Below are positions 26,401 to 35,995 of a stretch of DNA of 64,000 nucleotides, piece after piece (positions within the stretch are counted from its first letter, which is position 1; every line of letters starts with the position of its first letter). The notes under the pieces are model-generated. The model searched no databases. It had not been told where the DNA came from and saw only the letters and a list, made by a program, of their open reading frames with translations. A program made the translations under genes and the position numbers. The stretch is taken from positions 1-64,000 of the IMG/VR virus record IMGVR_UViG_3300036828_000755; one strand, written 5' to 3'. Source of the DNA: a virus.

Positions 26401-29367
26401 ACCAAGGCCGGCAACCGTTAGGGGAACCCCTGAGTCCGGTGCGCCGACGACCACGTTGCCAGCATTGCCTACGGTGAACCGGTTCGCGTTGCCACTGTTG
26501 CCGCTGGTCTGAACGTTGAAGGTCGTGCTCGCGTAGAAGTTGATCGCGCCGCCATAGCCCAGCAGCCAGAAATCATGGGTGCTGCAAACAACCGAGCCAT
26601 AGCCATACTGAGACCACTGCAACGCAAGCGAATTTCCGCTCCCATCATAAACGCTTATACCAGGATAAGTGGAAGTGTCGGGAGCACGAACAACCAAGCC
26701 ATACTGAGGACCCCCGGAAGGCGTGGTCGACTGAACCTGCCCATTGACAGTCAAGGGAATCCCGGAATCTGGCTTGTTGATGGTGACGTTGCCGGCATTG
26801 CTGACCACCACGCGGGCCAGCAAAGAACTCCCAGTCTGGAGTTGAACATACGAATTAGGACACTGTATCGCGAGCGTGCTCGTCTGCGCGCCCAAGGTGA
26901 GCCCGGCCCCAAACACCTGCAAGGTGTCGTCGCACCAGACATCCCCGAGACCCGCCTGCTGCCAGTACATGCCCATTCGTTTGCTAGTGCCGCCGTAGTA
27001 GAGCTGCACCATCGGTATCGCGGTGGAATCTGCCGGGGTAATCGTCATCCCCGTCTGCTGCCCCGAAGGAACATTGATCAGCAAATTCTTGGTCGTGACG
27101 GTGTTGAACAGGGAATCTCCCTGACCATTGATGTAGGCAGTATTGCCGTTGGTTTCGAAGGCAAGGTTTGTGCCGCTGGCCCCGCTCAAGAACGTGCCCA
27201 CAGGAAGGATCGAGGCCATCGGCGTGTTGGCCCCGAACACGAAGTCGATCCCCGTGATGCCTGCCCCAGTGGCCGGCGTGTAGTTGCCTATCGAAAGTCG
27301 GGTGATGTGGGCTGCCGAAGCAGAGCTCGCGTAGACCAGCAATCCCGCCGTTCCAGGACTATCACTCTTCGAAGTCAAGAAGATGCGGTCAGCAGCGGAC
27401 GTGGCGTTGTACAAGGAAAGCGTAGTGCCGCTCGCATCATCGCCGGGGAACAGCTGAAGGCCGACCGGGCCAGTGCCAGACGGCCTCAGCTCCGGCTGAC
27501 TGAAGCGGGTATCAAGCACGAACTGGCTTCCTGAAGGACCAAACTGAAGACTTGCAAGGTTTTTCAGGCTATAGTTCGCGGCGTTGATGTCGCTAGCCCA
27601 GGGGGTTTGGGGGCCACCACTGCCAGCAGCAGACGCGTTGCCGTACCAAGCCACGTGCCAGTTGCCGGTCCTCGGAGCAACGGTGTACGTGATGGTTTTT
27701 CCACTCAACGTGTAGTCGGTTCCCGGGTTCTGAGCTATGCCGTTCAAGGTGAGCATCAAGGCAGATGGTCCCGGAGTACCGGACAGCGTGAAGACCGCGT
27801 TGGACCCGTCGATGGTGCCTGAGGGGACTTCGCTGGCCCACGGCGTAGAGCCCACGGGCGCCGCGACCGAGATAGTGCCGTCGGCCGCCACGCTGACGTT
27901 CGCCCCTATCTTCACGCCGCCGAGCAGTGACGCGGTCGCAGGTGACAAGGAATAGGGAGCAGGAGCACCGGTGATCTTGTTCCACGCGAGGGACGAGATC
28001 CACACCGGGTTGGAGTAGGAGCTGATAGTTGAAACCGCGTCGGTGACCATCGCCGCGGTATAGTCCCCCGCAGCCGCTACCACTGCACCCGTTCGATTGA
28101 ACACGCTGACAACCGCACCGCCAGCGCTGATCGCTACCCCATTGACCCTGAAAACACCGGTGCAGTTCACGTCTCCCGCGACGTCGAGCGCGTAGGCCGG
28201 GGAAGCATTGCTGATGCCAAGGGGTCCAGCAAGGTTCAGCAGTTGGTGGTTGGCTGCGTCGATGTTCCCCGTCCACGGCGACTGTGACCCGGCACCCGGG
28301 GCCGCGACCGAGATAGTACCGTCGGCTGCCACGTTGACGTTTGCCCCAATCTTCACGCCGCCGAGCAACGCAGCTGTTGCTGCAGGCAACGTATAGGCTG
28401 AACCGGGAGCAGCAACGGAGATCGTTCCGTCAGCAGCCACGCTTACGTTCGCACCGATCTTCACACCACCGAGCAGAGTCGTGGTCGCAGCAGACAAGGC
28501 GTACGGGGCTGCGACCGAGATCGTGCCGTCAGCAGACACACCGACGTTCGCGCCGACCTTCACACCACCTAGGATCGTGACAGTCGCAGGAGGAAGCGTG
28601 TAGGACCCGCCGCTAGGCGGCGCAACAGAAATAGTACCGTCGGCCGCAACACTGACGTTCGCGCCGATCTTCACGCCGCCGAGGATCGATGCGGTCGCTG
28701 GCGGCAGCGTGTAGGACCCACCGCTAGGTGGCGCAACAGAGATGGTGCCGTCCCCCGCGACCGAGATGTTCGCGCCAACCTTCACACCCCCGAGCAACGT
28801 CGCAGTCGCAGCTGGAAGAGAATAGGGGGAGGGAGCTCCGGTGATCTTGCCCCAGGCAAGGCTAGCGATCCACGACGGATTCGAGTAAGAACTCGCCGTA
28901 GAAACAGCGTTGGTGACCATCGCCGCCGTGTAGTCCCCCGCCACGGCGACGACGTCGCCTTTCCGGTTGAAAACGCTCGACACAGCGCTAGCTGTCCCGG
29001 AAGGCAGGTCCGCCGCCACGAGCACGCGAAAGACCGGTGGACCGGATCCAGAAGAAGGGCCCGCGTACACCGTGTTCTGCGGCTGCGAGGCCTTGGCAAC
29101 TGCTAAAGTTCCAGCAGCCGTTATTGGGGAACCACCGACCGTGAATTCCCCGGGCATGGTGAGCGCAACGCTGGTGACCGTTCCACCACCAGTTCCCGTT
29201 CCACCGCCCGGCGTCACCCCGCCGTCTACGACGTCTCCGACGTCGTTGAACACGGCCGCGTTCCCATTCTTGGTAGAGCCACCGCCAAACATCTGGATTT
29301 GGTTGCCGGTCCCATTGCGAGCCGTGTCGCGGATCTGACTATAGTCGATCTTGCCCCTGTCAAACAT
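23479..29367 (-). CDS. Modular tail fibre (1962 aa) with Gly-rich C-terminal domain
   Basis: Six YxLxxATxxxLGGVK(I/V)G repeats, modules shared with the 3111-aa fibre, C-terminus GGSGIVIVTW. Confidence 0.88.
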   Translation of the reverse strand: MFDRGKIDYSQIRDTARNGTGNQIQMFGGGSTKNGNAAVFNDVGDVVDGGVTPGGGTGTGGGTVTSVALTMPGEFTVGGSPITAAGTLAVAKASQPQNTVYAGPSSGSGPPVFRVLVAADLPSGTASAVSSVFNRKGDVVAVAGDYTAAMVTNAVSTASSYSNPSWIASLAWGKITGAPSPYSLPAATATLLGGVKVGANISVAGDGTISVAPPSGGSYTLPPATASILGGVKIGANVSVAADGTISVAPPSGGSYTLPPATVTILGGVKVGANVGVSADGTISVAAPYALSAATTTLLGGVKIGANVSVAADGTISVAAPGSAYTLPAATAALLGGVKIGANVNVAADGTISVAAPGAGSQSPWTGNIDAANHQLLNLAGPLGISNASPAYALDVAGDVNCTGVFRVNGVAISAGGAVVSVFNRTGAVVAAAGDYTAAMVTDAVSTISSYSNPVWISSLAWNKITGAPAPYSLSPATASLLGGVKIGANVSVAADGTISVAAPVGSTPWASEVPSGTIDGSNAVFTLSGTPGPSALMLTLNGIAQNPGTDYTLSGKTITYTVAPRTGNWHVAWYGNASAAGSGGPQTPWASDINAANYSLKNLASLQFGPSGSQFVLDTRFSQPELRPSGTGPVGLQLFPGDDASGTTLSLYNATSAADRIFLTSKSDSPGTAGLLVYASSASAAHITRLSIGNYTPATGAGITGIDFVFGANTPMASILPVGTFLSGASGTNLAFETNGNTAYINGQGDSLFNTVTTKNLLINVPSGQQTGMTITPADSTAIPMVQLYYGGTSKRMGMYWQQAGLGDVWCDDTLQVFGAGLTLGAQTSTLAIQCPNSYVQLQTGSSLLARVVVSNAGNVTINKPDSGIPLTVNGQVQSTTPSGGPQYGLVVRAPDTSTYPGISVYDGSGNSLALQWSQYGYGSVVCSTHDFWLLGYGGAINFYASTTFNVQTSGNSGNANRFTVGNAGNVVVGAPDSGVPLTVAGLGGYGVSVTGNGAFIGDSTGATHNTFQNSDNAFRVLNNGSIVATSLSTGGALSGGSLTIKPAAANNWGNASVFPSSNGYGAQIFAYNGVDPNNCSSLAMFAGSEGGSDAGLYVIHSGTPTNPISRMEIGETNQGKITGIDFIFAGVAQASVLSNGAFYSKATGSVLAFSTPSNTAAITGAGAALFGNIKVGAYTTSFVNTLYVDCYTGGATPVSRIFGSGGTAAGYGALQLGLLSGDGSGAVLGAYITATGVGIRTSTPAYALDVAGDCNITGTFRVNGTAIGTGGAPQTPWTSNINANNFNLNNVPSITVQQGSSASAGTRMWQASATYPTLYVMGHGASYTSFYLYSGDTVSTGYSNITLGNSTDATNAGVMVIQSSNSGIASLLTNSYGTPAAPITKFQIGGSGSALAEIDFTFNAMTRAVITSVGNVGIGNAAPGYPLDVTGDVHATGYVRSFNAAYGTAGFECGLQNSLGINLYYNGSNWVYRAAGPAMMFWASTGASNNVINLYTCPGGSAGAIAPLTATMILVPGAVGINGVSPSASLDVAGNARVLTGSGIPALNVGANGNIDGGAYAAVNITRETTGHVGSHLAFIRAGTTVAGIGHGQSSSSFGIGAGTTGAFTPNWLTFLTNGNAGFGTTAPNEVVSIIAPNQTTLATANQFAIGEQSNNVAYRLQLGFAAVPNWSGVIQATAGGPSGGLLLLQPAGGLCGIGGSKQPAYAVDVTGDVNVTGAYRVNGTPIVTGGGAGKTFQQVFTASGTFTPSAALLAAGGTVFVFMVGGGGGGGAPNAVNGGVYGGGGGGGGVLKRWTTVNGATAVTVGGGGAGGYYAAGAAGGTTSFGSLSVTGGGPGAGGVNVQTGLGGNSGNSPFVTPGANYSGGAGAGGPAGPATVAPGGNVAGGCGGPGIDGYGGGGGFGGTSGNTYSYHSLGGPGGGSAQTTINAVANSGGGGGGLGVSGYGGNGGSGIVIVTWSE
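27850..28980 (-). repeat. Intragenic repeats: six ~31-37-aa ATxxLGGVKIG units and two SVFNRxGxVV...AWxKITGAP units
   Basis: Directly visible in the translation and at nucleotide level (recurring cttcacgccgccgag-like strings). Confidence 0.9.
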
Positions 29368-29701
29368 TCTTGTTCTCCACTACTGTGGTAAGCTCCTTTG
29401 CTAGGGGCTCAGCCCATACCAAGTCGCGCGTGACCATCGACAGCTGATCAAGGATTTCCAGCAGTTTGCGAGCTTCCTCACGGACGATGGGAAATTCGAT
29501 CGGTGGCATGGTTTTTATGTCATCGGAAATGATGAGGCCGTTCGCCACGGGTTTGGTTAGTGATTGCATCGCCTCGTCCGTGATACCGAGGCGATCGCGC
29601 ATATCCTGTAAACTGCGGAGATCCTTGCGTTGGCCCTGGTGATTGTCCAGCATAATGGCAAGGCGCAAGGCTTGCAACATTGTCAGTGTGATTGTTTTCA
29701 T
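29360..29701 (-). CDS. Hypothetical protein, possible fibre chaperone
   Basis: 113-aa helical ORF coupled between two fibre genes; its stop overlaps the start of the next gene. Confidence 0.6.
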   Translation of the reverse strand: MKTITLTMLQALRLAIMLDNHQGQRKDLRSLQDMRDRLGITDEAMQSLTKPVANGLIISDDIKTMPPIEFPIVREEARKLLEILDQLSMVTRDLVWAEPLAKELTTVVENKNV

Positions 29702-29715
29702 AGTTGTTTTTCAGC

Positions 29716-32700
29716 TTAGGGTAGGTTTGGGTAGTTTGGGTTGCCGGTGAACTGAAAGTAGGTGATGATTCCGTGGTTAATGTACATCGTAGCTACGTAC
29801 CTGTCATCTGAACTCATGAAAACAATGGCGCCGCCATTGTTTGAGACGCCAGTATTTGAACCTGTGGCGTCAGCCGTATTGGTATAGTAAGTCCCTGCTT
29901 GAACTGACCCGGTAGCGCTGAAGGACGCGCAGCCTATGCTGCCAGCCACAACCAAGCCACCTGCAGAGCTCAACGTCATCTGCGGAACACCTACACCTTG
30001 CCTCATGTCCTGGTAGGCTGCAAACGTCAATTGGTTGTTGGCCACCCCCATGCCGTAACCGATGGTGCCAGAAGTCCAGGTAGCAACCTTGATCGGGGCC
30101 AGGTTAGAATTTGTGGCGATCAGTTGCGGGCCGATGATGATGAAATCACTACCGTTCATCTGTGCGAGGGCATAGTACGAGCCACCGTTGAACGACACAA
30201 GCAGCTTAGTGGACGTGGCGTACAGGTAGCCGAAATTAGGGTTGCCAACAGTCCCGGCCGGGTCACCTGGCTGATTTTTCAGGGCAATATAGGGCGTGAT
30301 CAGTTCCCCGCATATGACGGCCCCATTCCCATCCACAACAAAAGACGAGTTGTTGTTCCTAAAAGCTGTAGGAGCCTGGCCGGGAGCCCCGGTAGGCGCC
30401 GTAGAAGTGAACGAGCCGGCTGAAAGACCGCCAGTGACTGCGAACGAGCCGGTTGAAAAAGCGCCAGTAACCGCCAGGTTGCCGCCCATCGAGACGTTAC
30501 CCGAAGCATTGTCGATCTGCATCGGGAACGGCGCCTTCCAAATCCCGAAGGGATCACCGTTGTTGGTGATCATGAAATACGTGGTGGTTCCGTCGTTTCG
30601 GATAAAGAAGCCATAGCCACCGTAGTAGGCGCGAAATTGCCCATATGATTCGGTACCAGCAGCACCGCTTCCAAGGGTAGACCGGACCCCGGGACAGGTG
30701 ACCATGCCAAGGCTAGTTACCGTGAAGTTGGTGCCGCCCGCCGTTAGCGCGTTTGTTACGGTGACCAACCCAGCAGTATTATAGGTCAGCACATCGCCAA
30801 CACCAGTGCTGTCCCACAACCTAGTTATGTCAGATGAGCGATAGAGGCAGGAATAGTTGGCGGTAACACGATCCGTGAGGTAGTACCCCGTACCCGAGCC
30901 TGAGATGTGCAGAGCACCATCCCAGGTAAGACCAGCACTAGCACCGAAAGCACCGTTATTGTTGTACTGCACCATCGTGTTTGTCCCCGCCGCCGAACCA
31001 GCACCAATGGCGTGGTAGCCCGCACCATCTAGCGAAAGGTACAGCGCCGTCGAAGTAGCATACAAGAAAGCGAAGTTCTTGCCACCCCCCGTCCCGGTGG
31101 GGTCACCGGTCTGGTTCTTCAAAGCTATGTAGGACGGGATAAGTTCACCACACTGTACCGCACCGTTGCCATCCACAGAAAAAATGCTGGGGCTCGACAA
31201 CTGAAACGCAAGTGGCGCACTACCGGGAGCACCACTCGACGCAGTCGACGTGAAATTGATCGAACTAACACTGGTCCCGTTGTAGGTGAAGTTAGCTGAA
31301 GCTCCCCACGCATTGTTGTTGTTGTACACGACCTGGGTATTGAGTCCCGGCACCGGTGGAACGCCTATGGGGTTGTAGCCCATGCCGTTGAGCGAAAGGT
31401 AAAGCTGCGTCGATGTGGCATACAAAAAAGCATAGTTCCCCCCTCCCCCTGTTCCAGTAGGATCCCCTAACTGATTCTTCAAGCAGATGTAGGAAGGTAT
31501 GAGCTGCCCGCACTGCACGGCACCGTTGCCGTCCACTGAAAAAGTACTCGCATTCGACAGCTGAAATGGGTAGGCTGGCCCAAATGACGTTGCGGAAGCC
31601 CTGAACGTGGGAGCGGTAACTTGCCCAATGGCTACTTGCCCACCGTTGACCACGGCTGTTCCGGGCGCATTCTTATTAAAGACGAAGTTGGCCGAGGCGC
31701 CCCACGCATTGTTGTCGTTGAACACTACCTGTGTATCGGTCCCAGGCGGAGGCACCCCACCTATCGGGTGATAGCCCACGCCATTGAGCGAAAGGTAAAG
31801 CTGCGTCGAAGTGGCATACAGGAAAGCATAGTTCTGCCCACCACCTGTCCCAGTAGGATCCCCTGACTGGTTCTTTAAGCAGATATAGGAAGATATGAGC
31901 TGCCCACACTGCAACGCGCCATTGCCATCGACAGAAAACGTTGACGGGTTCGACAGCTGAAATGGGTAACTCGGGCCAAACGATGTTGAGGATGCCCTGA
32001 ACGTTGGGGCAGTAAGCTGTCCCGTTGCCATGTGCGCGCCACCTACGGAGATTGACCCAAGCGCAGCCTTATCATAGACGAAGTTGGCCGAGGTGCCCCA
32101 CGCATTGTTGTCATTGAACACCACTTGGGTGTCGGTCCCAGGAGGTGCTACGAGTATCGGGTGATAGCCCGTACCACTGAACGAGACGTACAACTGCGTC
32201 GAGGTCGCGTACAGGAAAGCAAAGTTCAGGCCACCGCCTGTTCCGGTAGGATCCCCAGACTGATTCTTCAAGCAAACGAAAGAAGGTATGAGCTGCCCAC
32301 ACTGGATCGCGCCGTTGCCATCAACAGAAAACGTAGACGGGTTTTGTAGCTGAAACGGGTAACTCGGGCCAAACGACGCTGCCGAAGCCCTGAACGTTGG
32401 GGCAGTGAGCTGCCCCGTGGGCTGTTGTCCACCGTTGACAACGTTCGTTCCGGGAGCATTCTTGTCGAACACAAAGAAGGACGACGCGCCCCACGTGTTG
32501 TTGTCGTTGAAGGTGACCTGCGTGTCTGTTCCTGGCGGCGCCGTGAGTATCGGGTAATACGTCCCACCATTGGCCGAGAACATCAGCTGCGTCTGGGTCG
32601 AGTACAGGTAGCCAAATCCGGTGTTGTGCGCCGTGCCAGGGGGATCCGCTGCTTGGTTCACCAAGGCGATGTAAGCAGGGATCAGCTCTTGGCATAGCAA

Positions 32701-35700
32701 ATTCCCTTCGCCATCCACGTTAAATAGTCCAGGGTTCTGAAGCTGAAACGGGTAGTTCGTCCCGACCGAATCTGAGGAAGCCCTGAACATGGGAGCTGTA
32801 AGTTGCCCGATAGCTACCTGCGGACCGCCCAATGGTGGGTGTACCCCTAGCGCATTCTTGTCATAGACGAATTGGTTTGACGCACCCCACAAACCACTGT
32901 CATTGAACACCACCTGGGTATCGTCTCCCGGCGGTACCGCGCTCAATGTATGGTACGTTCCCCCGTTTATCGACAACATCAGTTGAGTATCGGTCGAATA
33001 CAGGTAGGCGTAGTTCTTGTTACCGAGCGTTCCTAGCGGATCACTGGCGGGTGATTCGCCCGGCTGATTCTTCAAAGCTATGTACGAAGGAATGAGCTCA
33101 CCGCACTGCAACGCCCCGTTGCCGTCCACCGAAAAGATGACCGGGTTTGCCAGTTGAAACGCCATGGGGGCTGAGCCCGGAGGTCCACTCGACGCGTTCG
33201 AAATAAAGCCCGGCGCTGAAACGTTGGTCCCGTCGAACGTGAAGACGGTTGATGCGCCCAAGGCTATGGATCCGGTTGCATCCTGTTTGTTGAACACGAC
33301 CTGCGTGTCACCCCCGGTCACCAGGGCCACGACCTGGTACGGCCAACCATCTGGAGAAAACATCAACCTCGTCCCGGTCGAGTACAGGTAACCAAAACCA
33401 GGATTTTGAAGGGTACCTACAGGATCCCCTGGCTGGTCCACGAGAGCGATGTAGGCTGGGATGAGTTCCTGGCATATCAGGTCCCCATTGCCATCCACGC
33501 TAAAGAGACCAGGATTTTGCAGCTGAAATGGGTAATTGTAGTTCGTCGAAATTGAGGATGCCCGGAACAAGGGAGCGGTGACTCGCCCGACACCGGGAGT
33601 ATTATCGGGATTTTTCTCGTAGACGAAGTCGGCAACAGCTCCCCACAAATTGTTGTCGTTGAACACCACCTGGGTATCACTTCCGGGGGGTATCGCGCTC
33701 AAGGGATAGTACGTGCCGCCGTTGATTGACAACCACAGCTGCGAGTCGGTCGCATACATGTAAGCCCAACCAACGTTGCCAACAGTTAGAGGAGGATCAC
33801 TACTTGGGGATTGGGCACCCGGCCCACCCTGGTTAGCGAAAGCAATGAATTGCGTAATAAATTCCTGGCACTGCATCGCCCCGTTGCCGTCCACCGAAAA
33901 AAGTTGGGGATTCGCCAACTGAAACGCGAGTGGTGCAGAACCCGGGAGACCAGACTGTGCCTGCGAGTTAAAGTTGGTCGCGATAATGCCAGTGTTTGCT
34001 CCCCCAGCCACCGTGACGTTCTGGCCGTCGTACACGAAGTTTGGGCTCGCGGCGAATGAGCCGTTCAAGTTGTAGATTACCTCGGTGCTATCGCCAGGGG
34101 GAACATCTCCTGCCTTGGTGGTGCCATAGAAGACGATGTGCCAGTCCCCGGGAAATGGCGCAACTGCGTAGGTGATCTTGTTGGCGTTTATCGTGAAGTC
34201 GATTCCCTTGTGCTGCTCAACGCCATTCAGGGAAAGGAGCAAGACTCCGGCAGGCGTCTCGGAAATCGTGAAGACCGCGTTGTTGCCGTCTATCGTTCCC
34301 GAGGGAACCTCTTGCAAAATGCCAACACTTGCGCCTGGAATTACGCCACCGCCACCGCCACCACCGCCGCCACTGATGACCCCGTTACCAACCGAGTCGT
34401 AGGCTAACTCATACGCAACGCCCATCGCCGTCGACAACTCGTAGGGGTACGTCAACTCAAGGTGCGTGTCGTCCGTTATGGTATCGATCGGCCACGGAAC
34501 CCCGTTCACCGTGATAACCCCGAGGTTCATGTCGGTGGTGAAGGTCGTCCCCTCCCCAACGACGGTCGTTGACCCGGTCGTGACGTCAACAGATCCATCA
34601 GAATACGTCGACAGGTACAGTCCCCTCGCTGCCGAGTTCGTGCCGCCAGAAGTAGAGGACAAGTCATAGGCAAACCCCGAGTTGCGGACATATGCCCCAA
34701 GGGAAGCAAAAGGGGTCCCCGTCAAGAGGTGGACCAACGCCACGTTAGTCGTCCCAATTATTAGGTTTAGCAGGGATAGGGAACTGTTGAAGTCGGTAAA
34801 CCGCTGGAAGTTGATGGTGGCGTCCTGGTCGTTGACCTGGTAGATGTTGTTCTCGATCGAAAGTATCCCTCCCTCGATGTGGTATATGTCCGATGTTGGG
34901 AAGCCCGTGCTGGACCTTGGGTTCGGCCTAGTCCACCTGCTGTCGCAGTCCCTGATAATCCTGACAGACCCATTGATAGCGAAGATCCTGTAACCGTTGG
35001 ACGAGCAATTCTGCTCGGCAAGCACGTAGGGTCCTGCGCTGAAACCGTCGACAAGCAGGTCAGCCCAGTTGGTGCTGAAGCTCCCTCCCCTGATATCCAC
35101 GTTCGAAGCTTGACCGTACGCTGTCACGAACCCACCATCTGAGTAGGTTCCCGGGCTGCCACTCATTGGGATCGTGAACGTCACGTTGTCAACGACGGCG
35201 CACTCCTGCGCATTGACGATGTTGAAGGCGGCGGGGTTCACCGACCAGATGCTAACAGGATTTCCAGCTGCCAAGTTGTGGGCATTGGTCGTGACTACGG
35301 TAAGAATCCCGGACGCCCACGTTGCGGAGGAAATGGGACCACCCTGGTTGCTGGAGCAAACATACCCGTAGTTCCCGGTCGACCCGTTTGCCTGGGCACC
35401 TGAATCCAACAGCGAGTAGTTGTAGGCAACCGTCCCCTGGACCCACCAGCCCGCGTCCCTAAACCCAAGGAACTGCACACGGTTGAACATCGCGAAGTCG
35501 TTGTTGATGTCCTGGCCAAATGCGCGGAAGACGAACCTCGTCGCGTCTTTGTCACTCGTGACTACGCAGTCCTCGAGCAAGAACTGCTGAGAAGTCTCCA
35601 CGCCGTTTGCCGAAACCTCAAAGACGTGGGAGATCGGCTTAGCTGCCTTGATCGTGACCTGGAAGTGGTGGAAGTGTGGCTTGAAGCATCCCACAAAACT

Positions 35701-35994
35701 AAACATCGGCCCTACTGCCGCACCGCCCCAGGTGAAGTTCGTCGAGGAGCCCGAACCAAACATCTCGAAGCCCATGGTCGTGGTGATCGTCAGGGTCTTG
35801 GTAATTAGGAACGTGCCAGGGGGAAACGAGAGCGTTGCGGGATATAGGGAAGTGATTCGCTTGGCTGCCGAGTCAATGGCTGACTGTATCGCGGCCGTGT
35901 CGTCCGCAACCCCGTCCCCCACGACGCCAAACATCTTAGCGTCTAGGTTGTCTCCCAAGAAATCGCTGACGGTCCTCTCTGCTGCCGTTGACAT
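29716..35994 (-). CDS. Tailspike/fibre (2092 aa): N-terminal pectate-lyase-like beta-helix followed by nine repeats
   Basis: FGVVGDGVADDTAAIQSAID beta-helix start; nine F(S/N/V)VDG(N/E)G..C-containing repeats. Confidence 0.85.
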   Translation of the reverse strand: MSTAAERTVSDFLGDNLDAKMFGVVGDGVADDTAAIQSAIDSAAKRITSLYPATLSFPPGTFLITKTLTITTTMGFEMFGSGSSTNFTWGGAAVGPMFSFVGCFKPHFHHFQVTIKAAKPISHVFEVSANGVETSQQFLLEDCVVTSDKDATRFVFRAFGQDINNDFAMFNRVQFLGFRDAGWWVQGTVAYNYSLLDSGAQANGSTGNYGYVCSSNQGGPISSATWASGILTVVTTNAHNLAAGNPVSIWSVNPAAFNIVNAQECAVVDNVTFTIPMSGSPGTYSDGGFVTAYGQASNVDIRGGSFSTNWADLLVDGFSAGPYVLAEQNCSSNGYRIFAINGSVRIIRDCDSRWTRPNPRSSTGFPTSDIYHIEGGILSIENNIYQVNDQDATINFQRFTDFNSSLSLLNLIIGTTNVALVHLLTGTPFASLGAYVRNSGFAYDLSSTSGGTNSAARGLYLSTYSDGSVDVTTGSTTVVGEGTTFTTDMNLGVITVNGVPWPIDTITDDTHLELTYPYELSTAMGVAYELAYDSVGNGVISGGGGGGGGGVIPGASVGILQEVPSGTIDGNNAVFTISETPAGVLLLSLNGVEQHKGIDFTINANKITYAVAPFPGDWHIVFYGTTKAGDVPPGDSTEVIYNLNGSFAASPNFVYDGQNVTVAGGANTGIIATNFNSQAQSGLPGSAPLAFQLANPQLFSVDGNGAMQCQEFITQFIAFANQGGPGAQSPSSDPPLTVGNVGWAYMYATDSQLWLSINGGTYYPLSAIPPGSDTQVVFNDNNLWGAVADFVYEKNPDNTPGVGRVTAPLFRASSISTNYNYPFQLQNPGLFSVDGNGDLICQELIPAYIALVDQPGDPVGTLQNPGFGYLYSTGTRLMFSPDGWPYQVVALVTGGDTQVVFNKQDATGSIALGASTVFTFDGTNVSAPGFISNASSGPPGSAPMAFQLANPVIFSVDGNGALQCGELIPSYIALKNQPGESPASDPLGTLGNKNYAYLYSTDTQLMLSINGGTYHTLSAVPPGDDTQVVFNDSGLWGASNQFVYDKNALGVHPPLGGPQVAIGQLTAPMFRASSDSVGTNYPFQLQNPGLFNVDGEGNLLCQELIPAYIALVNQAADPPGTAHNTGFGYLYSTQTQLMFSANGGTYYPILTAPPGTDTQVTFNDNNTWGASSFFVFDKNAPGTNVVNGGQQPTGQLTAPTFRASAASFGPSYPFQLQNPSTFSVDGNGAIQCGQLIPSFVCLKNQSGDPTGTGGGLNFAFLYATSTQLYVSFSGTGYHPILVAPPGTDTQVVFNDNNAWGTSANFVYDKAALGSISVGGAHMATGQLTAPTFRASSTSFGPSYPFQLSNPSTFSVDGNGALQCGQLISSYICLKNQSGDPTGTGGGQNYAFLYATSTQLYLSLNGVGYHPIGGVPPPGTDTQVVFNDNNAWGASANFVFNKNAPGTAVVNGGQVAIGQVTAPTFRASATSFGPAYPFQLSNASTFSVDGNGAVQCGQLIPSYICLKNQLGDPTGTGGGGNYAFLYATSTQLYLSLNGMGYNPIGVPPVPGLNTQVVYNNNNAWGASANFTYNGTSVSSINFTSTASSGAPGSAPLAFQLSSPSIFSVDGNGAVQCGELIPSYIALKNQTGDPTGTGGGKNFAFLYATSTALYLSLDGAGYHAIGAGSAAGTNTMVQYNNNGAFGASAGLTWDGALHISGSGTGYYLTDRVTANYSCLYRSSDITRLWDSTGVGDVLTYNTAGLVTVTNALTAGGTNFTVTSLGMVTCPGVRSTLGSGAAGTESYGQFRAYYGGYGFFIRNDGTTTYFMITNNGDPFGIWKAPFPMQIDNASGNVSMGGNLAVTGAFSTGSFAVTGGLSAGSFTSTAPTGAPGQAPTAFRNNNSSFVVDGNGAVICGELITPYIALKNQPGDPAGTVGNPNFGYLYATSTKLLVSFNGGSYYALAQMNGSDFIIIGPQLIATNSNLAPIKVATWTSGTIGYGMGVANNQLTFAAYQDMRQGVGVPQMTLSSAGGLVVAGSIGCASFSATGSVQAGTYYTNTADATGSNTGVSNNGGAIVFMSSDDRYVATMYINHGIITYFQFTGNPNYPNLP
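30150..34110 (-). repeat. Nine ~90-105-aa repeats (DTQVVFN...FSVDGNGA.QCG.LIPSYI.LKNQ.GDP...FLYATST.L)
   Basis: Counted in the translation; the central copies are highly similar at DNA level. Confidence 0.9.
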
Positions 35995-35995
35995 G

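Noticed and set aside
17385-26775. Palindromic CCGGA-A-TCCGG recurring in the fibre genes as a possible recombinase site
   Set aside because: It follows from Pro-Asp-Ser-Gly codons (CCN GAY TCN GG). At least four copies (about 19220, 20214, 26430, 26761) break the symmetry, and no recombinase gene is present.
14142-35994. Diversity-generating retroelement acting on the fibre tips
   Set aside because: No reverse transcriptase is present, and I found no non-coding template repeat differing only at adenines; the two C-termini differ at all base types.
29716-35994. CRISPR-like array
   Set aside because: The repeats are long, degenerate, in-frame protein repeats without unique spacers, and no cas genes are present.
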